Below are positions 54,609 through 61,900 of a DNA stretch of 64,000 nt, one piece after another; positions within the stretch are counted from its first letter, which is position 1; each line of letters opens with the position of its first letter. Source of the stretch: an uncultured Bacteroidales bacterium (GTDB lineage: Bacteria > Bacteroidota > Bacteroidia > Bacteroidales > Paludibacteraceae). A program made the translations under genes and the position numbers. Where the stretch lies: NCBI GenBank assembly GCA_902798385.1, contig CADBWK010000008.1, positions 13,723-77,722 of the forward strand, written 5' to 3'. The notes beneath the pieces were generated by a model, which saw only the letters and a program-made list of their open reading frames with translations, had not been told where the DNA came from and ran no database searches.

Positions 54609-55589
54609 TTCCGTAAATTTCGAGATATCTACCTTCAGCGCATATGGCGTCACCGTCAGATTATAGGTATAACTATACCCGGCTTCCCAGTTAAAATTCA
54701 CATCCGCTGTGATCGTTTGGTCCTCTACCACGCTCCAGTCATCCCACGATGCCCGTACACCCAAGGTCTTTGCACCGTAGTTATTAGGAATCACCATCAT
54801 TGCCACCGTCTGTGTGTGGAGCGTACCGACTTGCAGTGCGTCGTCGGGAACGATCTTCAGCGCATCACTTCCGCTGAGGCTACTCCACGTCATGGTGCTA
54901 CCATCATACGTACATGTTCCCGCGGTATGCAGCCCTGCAATAGCGATGCTATCCACGCTCACATGCGTACCGCTCTCGGCGGCGATCACGAACTTAACCA
55001 GCGCAAACGGGTGCTTGAACTGCATCGGCAGCGCACCGCCCGCATCTATTTGTGTCTGCAAGGTCTGACTATCGAGTACGGCAATCAGATACTCCTGCAT
55101 AGAGGCCTGCGCCGTGTTGGTCATGTAGCCGCTCATGTCGCAAGAGAAGGACGTACCTGTTGTGTGGTTATACGTTCCCGGCGTGATATATGCAGGTGTA
55201 GAAAACGGACATGCACCTACGAAGTCCAGCGTCGAAGCGATCACTTCGCCTATCTTCGAACCCTCTGCCGGCCAGTAGTAATGTTCCTGTGCAGAACCGT
55301 CCCAGAAAACCCATGCAGGGGACGGATCGTGATCCAGATCGTAATGCAGTTTTTTGCCATCGAGGAATTTGGTCTCGGTGTCGTGATAGTAGGCATCGAT
55401 CTTGAGGTCGTAACCCCGCAGTGCGGCGGTACTATCGATGGTAGTCGCACGTCGCAGCATACCACTTACGCCGGTCTTCATCGCAATCTCATGCCGTTGA
55501 ACCGGTTCGTCTTTATGGCAGCAGCATCCCGCCAGCAGCCCGGCTGCCAGCAGAATAATCATCCCTAATATAATCTTTTCACTCTTCAC
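54600..55589 (-). CDS. Fimbrillin-family (type V pilus) lipoprotein
   Basis: 329 aa from the GTG at 55589. It has a lipoprotein signal ...LLAGC and Arg residues (GMLRRATT) consistent with Arg-protease maturation. An alternative ATG start is at 55562. Confidence 0.75.
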   Translation of the reverse strand: MKSEKIILGMIILLAAGLLAGCCCHKDEPVQRHEIAMKTGVSGMLRRATTIDSTAALRGYDLKIDAYYHDTETKFLDGKKLHYDLDHDPSPAWVFWDGSAQEHYYWPAEGSKIGEVIASTLDFVGACPFSTPAYITPGTYNHTTGTSFSCDMSGYMTNTAQASMQEYLIAVLDSQTLQTQIDAGGALPMQFKHPFALVKFVIAAESGTHVSVDSIAIAGLHTAGTCTYDGSTMTWSSLSGSDALKIVPDDALQVGTLHTQTVAMMVIPNNYGAKTLGVRASWDDWSVVEDQTITADVNFNWEAGYSYTYNLTVTPYALKVDISKFTEQW

Positions 55590-55606
55590 TTTTTACTTTT
55601 CACTTT
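55575..55606. repeat. GTGAAAAG-family word repeat covering the start of the distal fimbrillin gene
   Basis: The sequence is cttttcactcttcactttttacttttcacttt. Confidence 0.8.
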
Positions 55607-55608
55607 AT

Positions 55609-55643
55609 TGGTAACCAAGCGGGGAGTCGAACCCCACTTGGCT
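55609..55643 (-). other. tRNA-like minihelix (T-arm plus acceptor 3' strand plus CCA) in an intercistronic spacer
   Basis: The minus strand reads AGCCAAGTGGGGTTCGACTCCCCGCTTGGTTACCA. It has a GGGG-TTCGACT-CCCC T-arm look-alike stacked on a CCAAG/CTTGG stem. Total stem is 12 bp including 2 G-U pairs, and it ends in ACCA. Confidence 0.5.
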
Positions 55644-55653
55644 TAGAAGAGAA

Positions 55654-56673
55654 TTATTGAATTGTTACAGCATTTGAACCTTCCTCTACGTAGTCGGTTA
55701 CGCTCGGTTCGATGATAATCTCGTTCAGAGTCATTGTGATAGCAAAGGTATACTTCTTGGCCTGATGAACATCCAAGTCAGCAGGAGTGTGAGTATAGGT
55801 GTAAGGTTTACCGTCAATGGTGTAATTGATGGTAAAGCTAGCGTAGTCATTCTCGGAATCATTGTCATCAGGAACAACCAAGATGCCGGCACCAACAGGA
55901 TGAGCAGTTTCGGTTACAATAGCATTACCATCAGCATCCCAACCATCAGCTGTTGCTGGCGTTCTAGTAACATCAGCCACGGTGCTAACAGAAGACCATG
56001 AACCCGATACTGCTTGTGCAGCAGCAGCATCATCCCAGCCAGTATGAGTTACTGCATATATTCCGGAATAATGAGCATCATCAAGAACAATACTTTGTAA
56101 TTTCAGCGATGTACCATAGTCAGCAGCAGATTTTACAGTAAATTTAATTAATGCTAAAGCGTGTTTGAAGTTCATGGCAACGTTGCTAGCTGCAGCACCA
56201 CGCGCTCTTGTTCCTCTACCACATGCATACATCAAATCATATTGGTTTGAAGTATTGTCTGCTAATGTGATTGTAAGATCTTGAGCAGGGTGAGTAGCAT
56301 TAAAATACGAACCACTTGGAACACCTGTGTATGCAAGGAAGTTCAATGTGGTAGCATCCATCGGCCAATACTTCTTAGGAGTTGCTTTCCATAAACCAGT
56401 ACTTCCATCCTCGTCAAAGGTGGTTTGTCCAAAATAATCAGCCCCCTTAGTTGCATCATAAGCTGCAACATACATGTCTTGACCAGAGGGGAAAGCGGTA
56501 CCCTCTACCGGTAAACGGCGAATAGCACGCTTCGGTGTGTTGCTCAGCGGAGCGAAAGCGATTTCCTGCCCCTGAGTTTCAGCGAGAGCCTCATTCTCAG
56601 CGACAGTTACGTCGTTACTGCAAGAAGCAAGCACTAAGGCTGCTGTTGCAAACAAAAATAAACTTTTTTTCAT
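55654..56673 (-). CDS. Fimbrillin-family (Mfa1/FimA-like stalk candidate) lipoprotein
   Basis: 339 aa with lipoprotein signal ALVLASC and an Arg-rich maturation region PKRAIRRLP. Its GC content is markedly lower than that of the flanking genes. Confidence 0.8.
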   Translation of the reverse strand: MKKSLFLFATAALVLASCSNDVTVAENEALAETQGQEIAFAPLSNTPKRAIRRLPVEGTAFPSGQDMYVAAYDATKGADYFGQTTFDEDGSTGLWKATPKKYWPMDATTLNFLAYTGVPSGSYFNATHPAQDLTITLADNTSNQYDLMYACGRGTRARGAAASNVAMNFKHALALIKFTVKSAADYGTSLKLQSIVLDDAHYSGIYAVTHTGWDDAAAAQAVSGSWSSVSTVADVTRTPATADGWDADGNAIVTETAHPVGAGILVVPDDNDSENDYASFTINYTIDGKPYTYTHTPADLDVHQAKKYTFAITMTLNEIIIEPSVTDYVEEGSNAVTIQ

Positions 56674-56743
56674 AACTTTAAAATTTTGAAGTTAGTTAAT
56701 AATGTTAATTAGTAAACAAAACGTTTGTTTGTTTTTGTTGTTT

Positions 56744-57733
56744 TTATCCAATAGGTACATCGTGGTTGATTTCTTCCCATTCTTCCACGGTCGGCGCAAT
56801 ACCGCCGCTGGCGGGAGGAGGAATGACAACGGTATCAGGAATCACGATGATATGCGTAGTGTCGGAGAACTGCTCCGTGATATCGGAGATTACAATGACG
56901 GGCTTGCCATCCGAGTTCACCGCGATGATATTGAGGTAGCTGCGGCTCTCGCCGGGCAACTTACCAAACGTATTAAACGTAGTCTGGAAGCAACTGTCTT
57001 TTCGATTCACATCCACGGGGAAGTAAACCGTTGCCGGGCTGGCGTTCACCTCATCCCGTCCGAAATAATTAGACAGCGCCTGATTGGTCACGAACGCATC
57101 GACACTCTGGGTGTACTCGATACCTACGATATGCGGTACTTCAAATGCGTAGGTCTCTACGATGGTCTGCGCTCCGGCCTCGATGGTGATCACGCGCTGT
57201 ACCTCGCTGTACGGCGGGATCTCCACGCGCTTGCGTGCTACGAGCAGGTGGTCCGGCGTCCAGATGATCGGTCCCGGCGCAGACGTGGTGTCATCCTTCG
57301 CGACGAGGGAGAAGAGCGGTTGCTTGGACGCGGTGATATCGCTGGTGAAAGCCTCCAATGTCTTGATGTTGCTCTCTCCACGCTCCTGTGTATATTCGGT
57401 ATCGAAGCTATAGACGACCATGTCGTACGTACCCGGCGTCACATGCAGCGGACCACCGTACGGACCTACGTACTCTGTCTTCTTGAGTGCACCGCTCTCG
57501 ATATCGTAGAAGTTCACTACCATATACGTCGGCACGTGTATCTTCGTATGCGCCGCGTCGCTCACCGGCAGATCAACATCCAGTTCGAGCTTCAGATCGA
57601 GCACCAGGAGCAGATTATCATCCGGCGTTTGACCATGGTCGTGGTCATAACAGAGGTCCTTGTAATGGCACGAGCTGAACCAACCCGTCATCGCCATCAG
57701 TATCATTGCCATCAGAAGGAAGGATCGTCTCAT
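56744..57733 (-). CDS. FimB/Mfa2-family fimbrial anchor-like lipoprotein
   Basis: 329 aa with lipobox FSSC followed by HYKDLCYDHDH. It sits between the DUF3575 gene and the fimbrillin genes. Its ATG overlaps the upstream stop (ATGA). Confidence 0.7.
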   Translation of the reverse strand: MRRSFLLMAMILMAMTGWFSSCHYKDLCYDHDHGQTPDDNLLLVLDLKLELDVDLPVSDAAHTKIHVPTYMVVNFYDIESGALKKTEYVGPYGGPLHVTPGTYDMVVYSFDTEYTQERGESNIKTLEAFTSDITASKQPLFSLVAKDDTTSAPGPIIWTPDHLLVARKRVEIPPYSEVQRVITIEAGAQTIVETYAFEVPHIVGIEYTQSVDAFVTNQALSNYFGRDEVNASPATVYFPVDVNRKDSCFQTTFNTFGKLPGESRSYLNIIAVNSDGKPVIVISDITEQFSDTTHIIVIPDTVVIPPPASGGIAPTVEEWEEINHDVPIG

Positions 57734-58755
57734 GATTGGCCTCCTTTCTTCTTTTTCTCAACGGGACTGATCATCCACTTGAGCGAGATTTCTGCCTTCG
57801 TCGGACCGAACCAGCGGCGCTTACGGGTCGCTTGCCATACATAGTGCCCCGTACCGTCATTCGCCGGTTGATAGACTTCGTACTGTCCGCCTTGGTAACC
57901 CACGCCGATATTGAAGTCGATACACAGATCATGACCTACCGGCAACGAGTAACCGTACTCGACACCTCCGCCGAAGCCGGGCTTCCATGCCTGATAACCC
58001 TGACCGCCGAACTCGATATCGTAGGTCAGCAGGTCGCCGTATATACCGACGTGATGCCCGATGAAGGGATACTCGTTGGCAGCCTTGCCGAAATAGTACC
58101 GCAGCGTCAGATAACCGCCGTATCCCTGCCAGTACACGTGCTTATTGTCGGACTTGATCCACGTAGCGATCCAATCGAAGGCGATCGTGAAATGCATCGG
58201 CAGCGCAACCTCCAGACCGATATTTGGAACCACCAACGCATCGTAGAGCAGGTTGGTGCGCAACGCTACCACCGGCAGTTTCTTCGCCGGACGCTCAATA
58301 TACTCCACGCCGGCCTCGCATGAGTCCGGATTAAAGGACGTACCTGCACCGGCCTTCAGCGGCTCTATCGTATCCCGTTGGGGGATAATCGTGTCTTCCT
58401 CAATCTCTGCGATAGTGTCCGGTACAAAAACCACAGGCGCAACTGCAACAACCGTGTCCGGCGCAACTACTACAACCGGTTCTTCTACGACAACAGGCTC
58501 TTCGACCACTGCAACTTGCTTAGGCTGCGCCGGTTTAGGCTTGGACGTGGGAATAGTATCTGTCTTTTTGGGGGATGCTTCGGGTGTGGCGGTTTCATTC
58601 GGTTCCGCATCGTTAATATATCGCTCAAAAAACGCGTTGATTTGCTTGGACCGAGAGTCCCCGCCTTGAGAACCATTTTTTGTATGGCAAGCGGTGAACA
58701 TCGTGAGTATGCTCAGCAGTCCGACTATATAATATATCGATATTGTCTTTTTCAC
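57730..58755 (-). CDS. DUF3575-family outer-membrane beta-barrel protein (pilus-operon associated)
   Basis: 341 aa with a GTG start and a lipoprotein-like signal ...MFTAC. It has a low-complexity EEPVVV linker. The C-terminal barrel carries VALRTNLLYDALVVPNIGLEVAL, the DUF3575 hallmark. Confidence 0.8.
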   Translation of the reverse strand: MKKTISIYYIVGLLSILTMFTACHTKNGSQGGDSRSKQINAFFERYINDAEPNETATPEASPKKTDTIPTSKPKPAQPKQVAVVEEPVVVEEPVVVVAPDTVVAVAPVVFVPDTIAEIEEDTIIPQRDTIEPLKAGAGTSFNPDSCEAGVEYIERPAKKLPVVALRTNLLYDALVVPNIGLEVALPMHFTIAFDWIATWIKSDNKHVYWQGYGGYLTLRYYFGKAANEYPFIGHHVGIYGDLLTYDIEFGGQGYQAWKPGFGGGVEYGYSLPVGHDLCIDFNIGVGYQGGQYEVYQPANDGTGHYVWQATRKRRWFGPTKAEISLKWMISPVEKKKKGGQS

Positions 58756-58791
58756 GCGCGTTTATATGGTATGAATACCACAACAAGCGTG

Positions 58792-58823
58792 CAAAAGTAC
58801 AAAAAATATTTGGAATAGGCAAG
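58792..58823 (-). promoter_or_regulatory. Promoter for the type V pilus operon
   Basis: The minus strand reads CTTGCCTATTCCAAATATTTTTTGTACTTTTG. The -7 box ends 36 nt before the GTG start. Confidence 0.7.
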
Positions 58824-58861
58824 TTTTTTTTTCTTTTTTTACGATTTTGCTTACTTTTTGT

Positions 58862-58890
58862 AAGAAAAAGAGCCACAAATGTGACTCTCT
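58862..58890 (-). terminator. Rho-independent terminator after G4
   Basis: The minus strand reads AGAGTCAC-attt-GTGGCTCT (8 bp, one G-U pair) followed by TTTTTCTT. Confidence 0.65.
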
Positions 58891-58978
58891 TGCTTGTTTA
58901 TAGGACAGGAACTCTTAAAATACTTTCCTCGTCACGGAGAATACTCCGTTCGCCGCTGTCGTAGCCTGCATCTGCAGT

Positions 58979-61900
58979 TTATAGTTTTTTACCTGTAACA
59001 TCATATTTCTCGTTGTTACGAATTATTATTACGTGTTGATTCTCGATGATCTTGTACGGGCGGTTATCGTCCTTCTTGAGCACGATCGGAGCCAGTAACG
59101 AACCGTGGTGAGCGTCGGAGACGTAGTGTATAGCTACGCGTTTATTGCCTTCGGCGTTTATAGGTGTATACTCCTGACCATCGATCTCGAATCGGAGTTC
59201 TCCTATCCGATCGCTCTGGATTGTCAAGAAGTACAGCGAGTCAATCGGCTCTGCTACAGCGGCGAGCTCGTCGCCCACATAAACCTTCAATACATCATTT
59301 ACATCATTGAGCGACGCAGTCGCGCTCATTCCATCATTAATCATTGCGATCATCGTCATATTCGTTGCCGCTTGCGGATTAGTGAACGCAGATGGACTTT
59401 CGACTATGGACTTTCGACTATCGACTTTCATTTCCGGCTTAAAGAACTTCATCTCCACACTGCTCGGCGCCATGCGGCGGAAGAGGTATCCTTCGCCGGG
59501 TTGGAAAGCTGTGAGGTCACCTACCCATCGTTTGTCCTTGGAGAATGTAGCGAAGCGATTATGTGCTTTGATCATATCCCCTGCCGAAGCGTGTTGGTAA
59601 TAGTCAGAGAGCGCCTCCGTGATGGAGATGCGTTGATCGAACATACACGGCATCGGATTCCATTGACCGTCACCGCGAACGGAGATCTTCATCGAATCCT
59701 CAGAGAGGATCTCACCGGATACGCGCATTGTATTGGCATTCGCTGCATAGACCATGTAGATCTGCGAATGATGGAGGTTGGTGAGCGTTCCGGTAAAGAC
59801 ATCGTTGGTCTCGTTGTAGGTGCTGAACTGACGCGTGTTCGGGTTCTTGATCAGGTCCCCTTCGGTCCAAGGCTTGGCCGCGGACATACAGGTATTTACA
59901 TCTCCCCGCGTAGCCGTGAGATCGAGATGCGTAGAAACCCAGTTCCATCCTGCCTGCAGTTCAATCTGCTGTCGTTCGCTTCCGTTCATCGAAAGAATCA
60001 GCGGTTCATTATTGCCGCATCCATAGACGTAACCATGTGCAAACATCACATTCTCATTGGGCGTCAGACCATAGGTCTTACCGGTCGATGCCTGCCAGAG
60101 CAGGAAGCGTATCGGCTTGCTGTTCATGGCATCGTTGCCGAAGACAGTCAGGAAGACGTCAGTTGTGTTACTGATGGCATTGAACGAGATATTCGCTTGT
60201 CCCACGCACTCGTTATGATAGATTGCATAGACGATATCGCGTTCGTCCGTGTCAAAGGATACAACGCCATCATGAGTGATCTCCACTTTCGCGCAGACAG
60301 ACATATTATACGGGTACTTCCCTTCATCGAGATTGTCATACGGCGGTATTGCCTCGATGACATACTCGACCGTAAGGGGTTCGCTCAGTCCGTTCTCGTC
60401 CGTGAGATAGAGCACATCGCTGTACTCGCCTACGGCTATCTGGCTGTTGAACGTCAGACGAACGGTCTTTTCCTCCATCGGGTCGAGGGAGCCGTAGGGG
60501 GTGCTCACGCTCAGCCACGACGGCAGGGACTCGATCGTGTACGTATGACGCTTACCGCCCGTATTGATGATATCTACATTGGTCGTCAAGTCTGCATCCG
60601 CTTGGTCTTCTGTCTTGATAACTATTTTCTTGGTGGACCACTTGAGACTGTTGCGATCGACGAATGCCGTCCAGGTCACCGGCGAACTCATCGGGTTACC
60701 GTTCAGGTCCTCTACGTCACGCACCGTCACGTAGATCGACTGTTTGTTCACCTCGTAGTCGCGGTTGAGGATGTTGATCATCAACTCATCGTTGTTGAAC
60801 GCCCAGTTGAAATGGAGCTTGTTGAGCACGCCATGCGACTTGATCGGCGCATTGTCCATTGTCCATTGTCCATTGTCCAATAACAAAGGTACCACTTTGT
60901 TCACCACATTGCCGTTGGCATCCTTGAATGTACGTCGGTCATTGATGGAGAAGCGCTGCTCGATGATGCCGTTCGGGTTGGTGTACTGCTCCTCAAAGGG
61001 CAGGTACGCGAACAGACCCATCTCATCGCCCGTGAGGGCATTGTTCTCATACAACTCAACCAGCGATTCGGGCAAAGCCTGCTCGAAGATAACGAACTCA
61101 TCGATATTACCCTTGAAGCCGTTTCCGCCGAGGTACATCGTTCCGACGAGCCCGCCTACTTGGGTCGCATCGTAGGTCTGAACCATCTTGCCGTCGAGGA
61201 AGAGTGCGGCGTTGTTATAGGTACGGCTGACGGTGAGTACCATATGATGCCAGTTGCCGTCAGCATAGCCGTCCGGCACGTTCAGTTGGAGGTCGTTCGA
61301 GTGGAAGAGTGTACCGCCTTTCTCAGCCTTGAACCACAGCATCATCGTCAGGTCATATATTTTCGAGCGGCCGAGTAGGTTACCGTTCAGTTGGACGGGT
61401 TCGCCATCCAGTTTGAGCGAATAACCTTTCTGTTTGTTCCAACTGCAGCCGTCCAGATAGAGCGTTGCGCCGTGCGCCTGGTCGGTGACGGTCTCGCCCT
61501 TACCTTCGTTCATCTGGTAGTATGCAAGCAGCTCACGCTCGTAGCCTGTGAGCGTACGGTTGGCGGTGGCACTGATCTCTTCGAGCGTCAGGGCTTTCGT
61601 CCAAACACGCGCCTCGAGCATATCGCCGTCGTAGGTAGTACCAAATTGGAAGTAGGCACTGCGTTCCGTAGCCTCATCTGTATTCGTGGAGCTGCCGAGA
61701 TTAGCGGATGTCACTTCTTCCGTACCTACAAAGAACCGAGTCCTACCTGTTTTCTCTGAAACACATACTACGCGCGTGAAAGCACGGAGGTCGTCGAGTT
61801 TCTTGGACGAACTAGCCAGGAAGTTCTTGCCGTTTGTTTTAACCAGACGCAGTATATTATCTTTGGTCAGGATGAGCTGTTTGTTCACTTGTGCATCGCC

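Noticed and set aside
58380-58560. EEPVVV low-complexity stretch in the DUF3575 protein as a word-repeat insertion
   Set aside because: The repetition at DNA level is imperfect and the segment looks like a flexible linker. It is not clearly a member of the 7-11 nt families.
6198-60878. Short tandem arrays as possible CRISPR arrays
   Set aside because: The units are 7-14 nt with no unique spacers, the arrays are under 80 nt, and there are no cas genes. Many lie in frame within ORFs.
38188-60883. Other long antisense ORFs (38188-39465, 46108-47157, 54606-55568, 56702-57844, 59105-60883)
   Set aside because: Each lies wholly inside a longer, motif-supported minus-strand gene. Each has Arg/His-rich shadow-frame composition and no promoter motif.
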